DNA from: a virus
Reading direction: 5' to 3' (one strand)
IMG/VR virus record: IMGVR_UViG_3300013132_000040
Span: 12,318-76,317 of that record
DNA length: 64,000 nt
Below are positions 50,050 through 57,951 of this stretch, in pieces (within the stretch, counting starts at the first letter, position 1; every line of letters starts with the position of its first letter). The translations under genes and the position numbers were made by a program. The notes under the pieces are model-generated. The model was not told the origin of the DNA. It saw only the letters and a program-made list of their open reading frames with translations, and searched no databases.

Positions 50050-50081
50050 TAGGACCTCAAATTCTGGGGTCCTATTTTTTT
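50050..50081 (+). terminator. Rho-independent terminator
   Basis: TAGGACCTC-AAATTCT-GGGGTCCTA followed by a T-run. Confidence 0.8.
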
Positions 50082-50153
50082 ATTATTGTTTCTAATAAGA
50101 ATGCAATATTACTAATATTTACAACACGGCGCCCACCAACTGAGGTTCTTCAT

Positions 50154-50657
50154 ATGATCCCACTTTTATTTGCAGAAGGTTCTTTTTTGCCGGAATGGCT
50201 TCAAACTCTGGCAACAGACCTGGGGGTCCTGTGGCCCATAGTTCTTTTTGTTGGAGCCGCTTACGGTTTGGTTAAGTGGATAAGCAAAAAGTTTAGGGAT
50301 GAAGTAAGAGACTTGATAGTAGAAGAAGTAGAACCAATTAAGGCTGAATTCAAAAACAATGGTGGATCATCTGTTAAAGACGCAATAGATAGGCTTGATG
50401 CAAACTATGGTGGGCTAAAAAAAGATGTTGGTCATCTTAGGGATGATATTTCGCATCTCAAGGGTGATGTTGATCATATCAAAGTTGACTTAGATAATAT
50501 GGCGGAAAAAGCAACTCAAGATCATAAGTTTCTTAATGAAAAAATCGCTAAGATTGAAATAAGAAACGATGAAATTTGGGACGAGATACAAAAAAGGCGC
50601 CCCGCATATGATGCATACGAGGCGCAATTAAGGAGAAGCGGCAAAGCAGATTTTTAA
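50154..50657 (+). CDS. Membrane-anchored coiled-coil protein (actinophage lysis-cassette type)
   Basis: One TM helix, NNGGSSVKDAIDR motif, heptad repeats; adjacent to the lysin. Confidence 0.65.
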   Translation: MIPLLFAEGSFLPEWLQTLATDLGVLWPIVLFVGAAYGLVKWISKKFRDEVRDLIVEEVEPIKAEFKNNGGSSVKDAIDRLDANYGGLKKDVGHLRDDISHLKGDVDHIKVDLDNMAEKATQDHKFLNEKIAKIEIRNDEIWDEIQKRRPAYDAYEAQLRRSGKADF

Positions 50658-50980
50658 GCTCGTCCCTCATTTTGAGCATCTTTGATGATGCTGTATCGTT
50701 GGAATGTTTCACTTGACGTAATGGCGAAGCCAAATTCTGCCGCTTTTGTTATAGCTTCGCGCAATGAATCGATATTATCCATAGATTCACTCGTAAGTGG
50801 CAAAGCTAACCCCGAGTAGATATCAATATTTTCAAAGTTTCCAATGTTCGCTTTTCGATTGACGCCACAGATAAAGACGGGAACAGTAGTTACAGATAGT
50901 GAAGAGAGCGTTTGTTCTATTGCTTCTTCAACAGCAGAGTTCTGTGTTTGATCTTTACCGTTTTTTGATATATTAGGCAT
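50654..50980 (-). CDS. Hypothetical protein
   Basis: RKANIGNFENIDIY motif; coupled to the kinase gene; AGAG upstream. Confidence 0.65.
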   Translation of the reverse strand: MPNISKNGKDQTQNSAVEEAIEQTLSSLSVTTVPVFICGVNRKANIGNFENIDIYSGLALPLTSESMDNIDSLREAITKAAEFGFAITSSETFQRYSIIKDAQNEGRA

Positions 50981-51764
50981 ATACTTTGTTGATCTCTTTC
51001 TGGATGATTTTAATGGTTTCTTCGGATTGTTGTTCTAGAGACATTTTATCAGTGTCGATTACCGCATTCAACAGTTCGTCCGGTATAAGTTCAACTTGTT
51101 CTGATTCATGATTCAACTGAGAATCAGACATCCTGTAGCCATCACGCTTGTATAACCTGTCTAAGCGTACGTCCGTCGATGCATCAAAACGTATTAATAT
51201 ACCATTGGGAAACGATTTTATTATTTCTGCTTCGTTTTTGTATCTAACGTCAGAAATAATACAGGCATACTTGTCGTAAGAATCTTCTTCTTCTTGATTA
51301 TTAAGTAGGGAAGAACATCTTTGGTAAGTTTTACGCCGCGTCCATTGAGCAAAACACGCTTCATTTTTAGACCTACAAATCTTACCTGCTTTTTGCAGGA
51401 AATCTCTTGGTTTTATTTCGTCATCCATTGGTATAGGTAGGTCCGCTATTTCTTTTACGAGCTCAATAAACTCGTCATATGGTGGTGCACCATAGAGCGG
51501 ACTACCCCCAAATACGTCAGACAGTACTTCGTGTAGCTGAAATAGTATTCTATCTTGTTGTTTTTCCCCTTTGGTAATTCGGCGTATGCTGGCCATTTCA
51601 TAAAGCGGCATTGCAAAGAAACTGTGATCCCAAATGATCCTGTTATCTTTGTCATATTTCACTGTCCTGGACGGGACAACAAGATTTGCTACACTTGTTT
51701 TTCCTGTTCCAGCTTTTCCGCATAGTCCAATAACAATTGGGTTTGTATCTGAATTAAAAGTCAT
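50973..51764 (-). CDS. Deoxynucleoside monophosphate kinase
   Basis: IGLCGKAGTGKT, FAMPLY, PRDFLQKAG, ISDVRYKNEAE, HESE; probable true ATG at 51764. Confidence 0.85.
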   Translation of the reverse strand: MTFNSDTNPIVIGLCGKAGTGKTSVANLVVPSRTVKYDKDNRIIWDHSFFAMPLYEMASIRRITKGEKQQDRILFQLHEVLSDVFGGSPLYGAPPYDEFIELVKEIADLPIPMDDEIKPRDFLQKAGKICRSKNEACFAQWTRRKTYQRCSSLLNNQEEEDSYDKYACIISDVRYKNEAEIIKSFPNGILIRFDASTDVRLDRLYKRDGYRMSDSQLNHESEQVELIPDELLNAVIDTDKMSLEQQSEETIKIIQKEINKVYA

Positions 51765-51800
51765 AAAAATAACTATATCATATACGATATACAAAGTCAA
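51765..51800 (-). promoter_or_regulatory. Sigma70 promoter, probably leaderless
   Basis: TTGACT-17nt-TATAGT with TG extension, ending 7 nt before ATG 51764. Confidence 0.7.
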
Positions 51801-51806
51801 TTAGGC

Positions 51807-51850
51807 GTGTGATCTAAGGCCCAACAACAAAAAATTGTGTGATCTAAGGC
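51807..51850. repeat. Direct repeat GTGTGATCTAAGGC x2 (30-bp period)
   Basis: Exact 14-mers at 51807-51820 and 51837-51850, each followed by an A-tract. Confidence 0.85.
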
Positions 51851-51862
51851 ATTACCAAAAAA

Positions 51863-52114
51863 TTAAAGATCACGCTCAACGCGCGCTTGGGCACGCCATC
51901 GCATCATGTTATAGAAGTTCATAGTCCACCACATAAATGACATGGCTATGAATCCCGGTTTTGAATAATAGTATGAGTAAATGAACCAAGGAATAGAATG
52001 GAGAAGTACAATAAGCCAACCCCACCAATATTTCCGACCAACAAAAAATGTTCCTGTTATGCCCATGCTTTCAAAGCAAAACAGAACCCATGTCCAAGTA
52101 ACTTCTGCATCCAT
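51863..52114 (-). CDS. Half-size PnuC-like membrane protein
   Basis: Three TM segments; G...RKYWWGWLI...W..Y...G...N.Y...RW pattern of PnuC-type transporters. Confidence 0.55.
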   Translation of the reverse strand: MDAEVTWTWVLFCFESMGITGTFFVGRKYWWGWLIVLLHSIPWFIYSYYYSKPGFIAMSFMWWTMNFYNMMRWRAQARVERDL

Positions 52115-52206
52115 GCGGTAACCTTTAATTAAACCAAAATGGTTCTACTATACTACAAGGTATACGCTGCGCATTTCAAATCCGCTACCTGGAGCGACCA
52201 TAGTTG

Positions 52207-52250
52207 ACCCGCCCCTCTAGACACTTTCAGTGGTGCTACGGGCGGGTTTT
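52207..52250. terminator. GC-rich stem-loop (terminator or structured RNA)
   Basis: ACCCGCCC...GGGCGGGT followed by TTT on +; inner CACT-GAAA-GTG loop on -. Confidence 0.5.
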
Positions 52251-52511
52251 CTAATCAGAGTAAAACTCGTATTCATCGTCGCTAAATATTGCGCTTTTGT
52301 AGGCTTCAAAGTCTTTTTCGAGAATGCCGAAAAACATTAAAATTTCTTCTGCATGTTCTTCCTGGTAGAGTTCAACCTCATCTAATTTATCTATTTTCCA
52401 AATTTGGCAAATAGAACCATTATTTACATCTTGGGCCAAATCTGCAATACTATTATTTGACCAGTCTTTGTCTGAATAAATTGTAATAGTAGACTTATAT
52501 ATTTGACCCAT
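52251..52511 (-). CDS. Hypothetical acidic protein
   Basis: GGAG SD. Confidence 0.6.
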   Translation of the reverse strand: MGQIYKSTITIYSDKDWSNNSIADLAQDVNNGSICQIWKIDKLDEVELYQEEHAEEILMFFGILEKDFEAYKSAIFSDDEYEFYSD

Positions 52512-52521
52512 GATATCTCCG

Positions 52522-52752
52522 TTACTCTAGATAGCTATTGTGTGTTTGTTGAACGTATGACGACTTGGTATAAACACGAAGAGCCTTGTTCAAATTAGAG
52601 AAAGTTTCATCTGCTATTCTACTACACGTTGGTCGTTCGCACAAAAAGATAGCGTATGGATCTAGGCATATTTCTTGCCACATATCTTCAGTAACGTGCG
52701 TTAATCTATTGCAGTTTTCGCATCTTAATTGATTGTTGTGATTTTTAGACAT
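52522..52752 (-). CDS. Small zinc-finger protein
   Basis: CENC...CERPTC. Confidence 0.55.
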   Translation of the reverse strand: MSKNHNNQLRCENCNRLTHVTEDMWQEICLDPYAIFLCERPTCSRIADETFSNLNKALRVYTKSSYVQQTHNSYLE

Positions 52753-52753
52753 T

Positions 52754-53530
52754 TTACGACCAAGTTGCGTTATAGGCCTTAGGATCAGATGTTACTTTAA
52801 TATTTTTGTTCTCAACTTCAATTTCATTAAGCTTGTTTTCTAATGTTTCTAGTTGAGATCTAGCTTTTTCATATTCGCTAAAGAAAACCGAAAGGTCATC
52901 AGATAAAGTTTTATTTTGCTTACGAAGATTTTTAATCTCGTTTATAATTTCATCGGATACGCCATTTGCAAGCTCTTTTTGAAGGTGTTCAACTTCAACA
53001 ACTAAGTCTCTTACTCTTTGGCGAAGTATAGAGTTTTCTTTTAGTACTTCTGAGCCTCGTGGTGATCCCGGCTTCACTATGCCAACGGGCCTTACTGCGG
53101 TATACCCCCTTGAAAGGGACGCATTTAAGTAACCCGCTTCAATTATGCCTGCATTTTCAAGCGCTTTGAGTATCCTTACATAGCTGTTCCAAGATATTTC
53201 TTTCTCAATGTAAAGATGATAATGCCCCAATTGAGAAGACGGCACAACGTAAATTGGGATGTCTACGTCTATGACTGGTGCGTGTTTTCCGTTTTCGCAT
53301 ACAGATGCTACTAGGTTTGCATTGTCAGCGGAAACTTTTTGGGGAACAAAATCTTCTGGATTAAAATTCGGGGCAAGTTGATAGTCACCTTCTGGGGTGA
53401 CTATAAAAACGTTTTGGTTATGCTCTTTTAATTCCTGTTGATTTAAATCCACCTTGGGATCATAAAGGTAGATTCTTTCAGGCGGATTCTTTAATCTTAC
53501 AGGCTTAGGTAGTTTAAGACGGCCCATCAA
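52754..53530 (-). CDS. Protein with minimal AEP-like motifs and C-terminal coiled coil
   Basis: HAPVIDVD, PSSQLGHYHLYI, GYTAVR; heptad-rich tail. Confidence 0.55.
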   Translation of the reverse strand: MMGRLKLPKPVRLKNPPERIYLYDPKVDLNQQELKEHNQNVFIVTPEGDYQLAPNFNPEDFVPQKVSADNANLVASVCENGKHAPVIDVDIPIYVVPSSQLGHYHLYIEKEISWNSYVRILKALENAGIIEAGYLNASLSRGYTAVRPVGIVKPGSPRGSEVLKENSILRQRVRDLVVEVEHLQKELANGVSDEIINEIKNLRKQNKTLSDDLSVFFSEYEKARSQLETLENKLNEIEVENKNIKVTSDPKAYNATWS

Positions 53531-53540
53531 ATTTCTGCTT

Positions 53541-53864
53541 TCAATTTGAATAAAGATCCATAGAAATCAAAGTTTCTATGTATTCCGGATTAACTATATT
53601 GGTAATTGTGTCTTCCCACATAAAAGCATTATACGTGTGATCAAGACTATTTGTAGCACAAAATGAATATCCAGTTTTTTTTCCTTGAGATATTGTTTTT
53701 TTAGTTATCCGCAAGAAAACAATATCAAAAACTACATCACCCACAGATAACTCACCAGCATAACAACTTAGCAGGTTTGCGTTTTCTTTCATGTCACATA
53801 TTAAAGGATATGTAGGTATTAAATGATCTGCGTAAAGTTTATGATTATCTTTGAAAAAGTACAT
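53541..53864 (-). CDS. Hypothetical protein
   Basis: GAGGA SD. Confidence 0.55.
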   Translation of the reverse strand: MYFFKDNHKLYADHLIPTYPLICDMKENANLLSCYAGELSVGDVVFDIVFLRITKKTISQGKKTGYSFCATNSLDHTYNAFMWEDTITNIVNPEYIETLISMDLYSN

Positions 53865-53875
53865 TGTTTTCCTCT

Positions 53876-53912
53876 AAAAAGAGGCTGGCACCCCCAACAC
53901 TAGGTGCCAGCC
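53876..53912 (-). terminator. Rho-independent terminator
   Basis: GGCTGGCACC/GGTGCCAGCC 10-bp stem followed by TCTTTTT on -. Confidence 0.75.
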
Positions 53913-53947
53913 AAGCCACTTGCGTCACCACTAAACGCAATGGCTAA

Positions 53948-53988
53948 GCGACCCATCGGGAATCGAACCCGAATAAACCATTGGGTCT
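53948..53988 (-). ncRNA. tRNA-like minihelix or tRNA remnant (acceptor-like stem + T arm only)
   Basis: GACCCA...TCGGG-TTCGATT-CCCGA-TGGGTC; no D or anticodon arm. Confidence 0.5.
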
Positions 53989-53989
53989 A

Positions 53990-54214
53990 TTATTTCCAAT
54001 CCATAATTGGAATTTGCTTTTCTACCTTATCCCATACATTTCTTGCATCAAGATACCTTTCGTCTGCATGGGGAACTGGACTGTCTGTTTCGCAGGCAGA
54101 CCGCATTTTATGAAAGAAATCTACAACAGCAGCATTTAGGTAGCAAGCTTCCATATAGGAAAGTTCAAAAGTAAATTGTTTCTTACCTTCAAATTTTTCC
54201 AACTTATTCAGCAC
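53990..54214 (-). CDS. Hypothetical protein
   Basis: Coupled ORF, GTG start. Confidence 0.55.
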   Translation of the reverse strand: MLNKLEKFEGKKQFTFELSYMEACYLNAAVVDFFHKMRSACETDSPVPHADERYLDARNVWDKVEKQIPIMDWK

Positions 54215-54431
54215 CTTCTTGCGGCGGGTTCATTTTAGCTTCATAATCAAGGGCGGCACTTTTATTGACGAACAGCATATTTTTGTACTGCCAAGCAAAA
54301 CCGCGTTTAGGCAGGACTCTACCGGTATGGGTGCAATACTGTATTTCGTCTCCCATATTTAGGATTTGGATAGCAGTACCAATATCTATTTTTTTAGTAG
54401 TTGTTGTTTTACCGCTTCTGCCTTTTCCCAT
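54204..54431 (-). CDS. Hypothetical basic protein
   Basis: AAGGA SD. Confidence 0.6.
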   Translation of the reverse strand: MGKGRSGKTTTTKKIDIGTAIQILNMGDEIQYCTHTGRVLPKRGFAWQYKNMLFVNKSAALDYEAKMNPPQEGAE

Positions 54432-54453
54432 GATTTTCCTTTGTTTTAAGTAG

Positions 54454-54523
54454 CGCTTCCGGAAAGTTTTGCACTTTCAACATCCCCGATACTATTGGGG
54501 GCTTTACCTTAAGCTACGGAAGC
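54454..54523 (-). tRNA. Atypical or pseudo tRNA (apparent anticodon AGT, Thr?)
   Basis: Acceptor GCTTCCG/CGGAAGC, D arm TAGCTTAAGGTAAAGC, anticodon arm CCCCA-ATAGTAT-CGGGG, T arm GAAAG-TGCAAAA-CTTTC (non-canonical loop). Confidence 0.6.
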
Positions 54524-54585
54524 ACGATATAGTTAGAACCTACATCTGTTATTAATTTATATGAAGTTATCAGCTTTCGCTGTCT

Positions 54586-54777
54586 TCATATATCCGAGGT
54601 TATGGCTTTAATTTCCCTAACTTCTTTTTCGGATATATCAAAGATCTTCGACAAATCTTTACTTGACTTATCTTTTAGTAGGCTCATTAGTATTGATTGG
54701 AGTCTACGAACCTCTTTTTTAAGGTTTTCTAATTCTTCCTGGCTAGCCATTTGCTTGTTTAGCCATCTTTCTCTCAA
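54586..54777 (-). CDS. Small coiled-coil/HTH-like protein
   Basis: SSKDLSKIFDISEKEVREI is HTH-like; true start may be the internal ATG (MASQEEL). Confidence 0.5.
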   Translation of the reverse strand: MRERWLNKQMASQEELENLKKEVRRLQSILMSLLKDKSSKDLSKIFDISEKEVREIKAITSDI

Positions 54778-55171
54778 AATCCCTTCTTTTCTTTTCGAAG
54801 TTGTTGGGATTCAAAGACTTATATGCATTCCAGCATCCACTGCAATCATGCTGAGGTGAACGTATGGCGCCGTAATATGGGTGGTCTTCGCATAAGTTAG
54901 CTCGCATTTTTGCTGGTTGACTTGTCTTACGTGAAGATTTTGGGTTTTTTGATACACGCTTTTTTATGGCATCATTTTCTTCGATATGATTTTCAATTTC
55001 TTGTAAATTTTTCGAAGCATTTTGAATGCTATCATTTATTCGGATGATGGTTTCAGCTTGATCTAAGTCAAACTTAGAAGCATTCGTTTTGATCTTATTT
55101 AAAGCGCGTTCAAACATACGGCTTAAAAAATCAAAATCACTATCATTTTCTATAGCTATAAATTTAGTCAT
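54743..55171 (-). CDS. Hypothetical protein with C-terminal Cys/His motif
   Basis: CEDHPYY...CSGCW; probable ATG at 55171. Confidence 0.6.
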   Translation of the reverse strand: MTKFIAIENDSDFDFLSRMFERALNKIKTNASKFDLDQAETIIRINDSIQNASKNLQEIENHIEENDAIKKRVSKNPKSSRKTSQPAKMRANLCEDHPYYGAIRSPQHDCSGCWNAYKSLNPNNFEKKRRDFERKMAKQANG

Positions 55172-55358
55172 CTTCTTTTGCCTTAAAACCATAAGGGTTT
55201 CCAAAGATTCTTTCAGCAATTGCCCTTATTTGGGAAGTTTTAACTATATTTGGAGAAAACACTCGCTGCTTGTTGCCAATTTGTTTTCTTCTTGCTCTTG
55301 ATTGTTTTTCAAAATAAGGAGAAACAAATTGAGATTTTCGTTTTTTTCTACCCATCAC
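55164..55358 (-). CDS. Small basic protein
   Basis: Lys/Arg-rich ORF coupled to the downstream gene. Confidence 0.45.
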   Translation of the reverse strand: MMGRKKRKSQFVSPYFEKQSRARRKQIGNKQRVFSPNIVKTSQIRAIAERIFGNPYGFKAKEDD

Positions 55359-55379
55359 ACACCGTTAACCGTAGGTTTG

Positions 55380-55449
55380 TCCCCGATCTAGGAGTCGAAC
55401 CTAGCTGGATAACGTTAGAAGCGTCGTCTGTGCATCCGGCACATCGGGG
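55380..55449 (-). tRNA. tRNA-Arg(TCT) with shortened D arm
   Basis: Acceptor CCCCGAT/ATCGGGG, D-like arm GTGC-CGGAT-GCAC, anticodon loop CT-TCT-AA, T arm CTAGG-TTCGACT-CCTAG. Confidence 0.8.
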
Positions 55450-55465
55450 TGAGCCGCATGTAAGA

Positions 55466-55867
55466 TTAATCTTGTTGTAACTCTTCTGGCTTAGGAATGT
55501 TATAAAGATCAATAAGTTCCTTTTCTACCCAAACGTGGATTATCTCACTATCGGTACCTTGGTCGATGCAGACTGCACCATTTGAGTAAAAGATTAAAGT
55601 GCTTTTTGTATCTTTGTCTGGATGCTTGTATTTTAATAGGTGTATTGGACGTCTTGAAAACATAGTTACACCATAGACGTCAATTGAAGCAAGTTGATTA
55701 AGATAAAACTCAACGAGTTGTACTATAAACTTCTCAGAACTATTTGCTTGATAATGATAAAACTTGTTATCAATATCTAGCGCAAAGTAAAGGGCAAGAG
55801 AAAAAGAACTACTTTCATCATTAAGGGATCTGTTGGACGTAAGTATTTCTTCTATCGTCTTGTTCAT
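55466..55867 (-). CDS. Hypothetical protein
   Basis: ATGA coupling. Confidence 0.6.
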   Translation of the reverse strand: MNKTIEEILTSNRSLNDESSSFSLALYFALDIDNKFYHYQANSSEKFIVQLVEFYLNQLASIDVYGVTMFSRRPIHLLKYKHPDKDTKSTLIFYSNGAVCIDQGTDSEIIHVWVEKELIDLYNIPKPEELQQD

Positions 55868-56208
55868 TGTGCAGACATGTTCTTTTTTGCCCGAAGGGTT
55901 TTAACAAACCTTATTCTTTCTTCTACTGAGGCTTTGAAACGCAATGCAGTAACTTTCCATTTATCTTCAGTAGCTTTAAAGCTGTACCATTCGTTATTGT
56001 TTCTGTCTGGTCCAAGTTGGTATTTCTTTTCGGAGATTCGACTTTTTTGTGCCGAAAGTTGGATTTCGACATCGCGCAAAAGAACGTTCAGTTCATCAAG
56101 CCAAAGGCGAAAATCAGTAGAAAGTATTTCTACATAATTATCTGATTCTTTTCTTACATCTTTTGCGACTAATGATTTAAATTGATCATTGGATATTTTA
56201 CTCATCAC
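55864..56208 (-). CDS. Coiled-coil hypothetical protein
   Basis: Coupled ORF with heptad pattern. Confidence 0.6.
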   Translation of the reverse strand: MMSKISNDQFKSLVAKDVRKESDNYVEILSTDFRLWLDELNVLLRDVEIQLSAQKSRISEKKYQLGPDRNNNEWYSFKATEDKWKVTALRFKASVEERIRFVKTLRAKKNMSAQ

Positions 56209-56966
56209 TTTTCACCATATACAAAATTGTAGGCTTTTTGCAAATCCTGTTCAAAAAGTTGCGGCAAATTTCCTGCGCCACGCAAAACGTACGAAGGAGA
56301 AAACGTTGGCAATATAGGCCAAGGACCAAGCCAAACAATCCTTCCTCTTTCTTCATTCATATGAATTTTAGCAGGAAGTAATGAACAGGTTGCAATCAGG
56401 CCTAGTGGCACTACAAGTTTGGGACGTAAAACTTGCAGTTCATTGTGTAAATACGGAATGCATGATTGTATTTCTTCTTGAGAATGTTTTGTTTTAGACT
56501 TTTTTAAACATCTGTTAACAAAAGTCATACACAATCGAGAAGACGTAAAGCCAACTCCTGATGCGGTTTTCGTAAAATATTCCATACTGCTTGGGTCAAA
56601 GTATGGCGTATCTGTCACGAAAACCACATCAGGATCGGTTACATTCCAAAATGGAATAGTTGCCCCAGGAATAGCATCTGGGCACCTTCTGCAATTCTTT
56701 GTTATAAGATGAAGCTGTTCTAAAGTTTTATCGACAGGAAATCCAGTTAACTGAATATCTCGCAATTCATGAAGAACCATCTGTACATCAGCTTTGTTGA
56801 AGTACTTGCTAAGGATTGAATCTAATTTCTCCAAAACAATGGTATCGCCAAAACTTAAAGGTAATTTTGTTATTACCCGAAAAGCATCTTGGCCTTTAGA
56901 TTCTAGAGCCTTAGCAACTAGAGCAAGTACTTCATCTTCATCAAACTCTTGCAGGGTTTCTTCCAT
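56205..56966 (-). CDS. Family-4 uracil-DNA glycosylase-like protein with degenerate catalytic motifs
   Basis: CRRC, VVFVTDTP, TFVNRC, EEIQSCIPYLHNELQVLRPKLVVPLG, RGRI, PTFSPSYVLR. Confidence 0.8.
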   Translation of the reverse strand: MEETLQEFDEDEVLALVAKALESKGQDAFRVITKLPLSFGDTIVLEKLDSILSKYFNKADVQMVLHELRDIQLTGFPVDKTLEQLHLITKNCRRCPDAIPGATIPFWNVTDPDVVFVTDTPYFDPSSMEYFTKTASGVGFTSSRLCMTFVNRCLKKSKTKHSQEEIQSCIPYLHNELQVLRPKLVVPLGLIATCSLLPAKIHMNEERGRIVWLGPWPILPTFSPSYVLRGAGNLPQLFEQDLQKAYNFVYGEK

Positions 56967-57379
56967 CAGAATGAACTTGGCGCTACACTCTCTACGGCAC
57001 CTACTGCTGCAGTCGTCCCATTGCCCTCTGTACGGCCGCGAGACGCATACGTAATGTTTTCGGCTACGATGACTACCTTAGAGGACTTCTTGTCGTCTGT
57101 GGACCAACGCTCGTGTACTAGACGCCCGATCAAGCGGATCTGGCTGCCCTTAGTCATTTTGCCACCAGTGACCTGACTCCGCACAAACTCGCAGTTTCGC
57201 TTGTTTTCTTCACTGTTGAGGTAGTAGGTTACGTCAAAGTATCCGGTGCTATTATCGGAACCCTTTTCGGAACCGGCGTAATCAACTGCAACACGAAACT
57301 TAACAATATTTTCAGTTGGCATCTCGGGCTCTGCAACAATGCCGCATGTTAGGTTCAGGTTATTATTAGGATCAATCAT
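56966..57379 (-). CDS. ssb: Single-stranded DNA-binding protein
   Basis: NNLNLTCGIVAEPE, FRVAVD, TGYFDV, KGSQIRLIGRL..ERW...SKVVIVAENI; C-terminal Phe. Confidence 0.85.
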   Translation of the reverse strand: MIDPNNNLNLTCGIVAEPEMPTENIVKFRVAVDYAGSEKGSDNSTGYFDVTYYLNSEENKRNCEFVRSQVTGGKMTKGSQIRLIGRLVHERWSTDDKKSSKVVIVAENITYASRGRTEGNGTTAAVGAVESVAPSSF

Positions 57380-57380
57380 A

Positions 57381-57596
57381 TTAGTTTCTTTCTAATGGGT
57401 TTTGTTGTACTGTTCGTAAACCTTTGGCTATTTCTTCTAGCCATTGGGCTGTTGTTTCTTTCGCTTGCTCCATCGGAACAAAGTTGGAAAGGTGTTGACA
57501 CATTGAAACCGAAAGATGAAATATACCATTTTTTAGTTCTTCACTATAATTTTTGGTAAATTCAGAAAAATCTTTTTCATTTTCTTCTTGTTCCAT
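57381..57596 (-). CDS. Hypothetical protein
   Basis: TAATG coupling. Confidence 0.55.
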   Translation of the reverse strand: MEQEENEKDFSEFTKNYSEELKNGIFHLSVSMCQHLSNFVPMEQAKETTAQWLEEIAKGLRTVQQNPLERN

Positions 57597-57901
57597 TATG
57601 CCCCCATCTTCCTCGATAATGCTCCGTCCATAATCTTACCAAGTTCTTTAGCGTCTTTAAAACCTTTATCATATAACACAGATATTATTGGTTTTGGATC
57701 CAAAGACTTGTAAGTAAGCAACTGGAGATTTAAAACGTCATTCAAAGTGTAGATCCTGTAATTATTTAAATCACGTTTTGCTTCAGGATACTTATTGGAC
57801 CTTTCACGATTAGCGATAGTCAACGGTGTTACATTGAGGATTTTTGCTACTTCTCCTCTAGTGAAAATTGGGCTCGATAAAGAACCACTTGAAGCACTCA
57901 T
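57596..57901 (-). CDS. MerR-type HTH DNA-binding protein
   Basis: FTRGEVAKILNVTPLTIANRE...PEAKRDLNNYRIYTLNDV. Confidence 0.85.
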   Translation of the reverse strand: MSASSGSLSSPIFTRGEVAKILNVTPLTIANRERSNKYPEAKRDLNNYRIYTLNDVLNLQLLTYKSLDPKPIISVLYDKGFKDAKELGKIMDGALSRKMGA

Positions 57902-57906
57902 ACATC

Positions 57907-57951
57907 ATCCTTTACTATAGAACTATATACACCTATACTATAGTAAAGGAT
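57907..57951 (-). promoter_or_regulatory. Perfect 14-bp inverted repeat covering the SD of the MerR-type gene
   Basis: ATCCTTTACTATAG (57907-20) / CTATAGTAAAGGAT (57938-51), 17-nt spacer. Confidence 0.75.

Noticed and set aside
51807-51850. Direct repeats as a mini-CRISPR array
   Set aside because: Only two 14-bp copies with a 16-bp spacer; the Cas4-like genes are stand-alone phage nucleases and no cas1/cas2 or effector is present.
52120-52250. Hammerhead ribozyme or known riboswitch (CUGAAAG, GAAA loop)
   Set aside because: Lacks the CUGANGA...GAAA core arrangement and does not match the TPP, preQ1 or NAD-II consensus by eye.
53876-53988. Permuted (two-piece) tmRNA
   Set aside because: No alanine-type acceptor with a G3-U70 pair and no tag reading frame identifiable.
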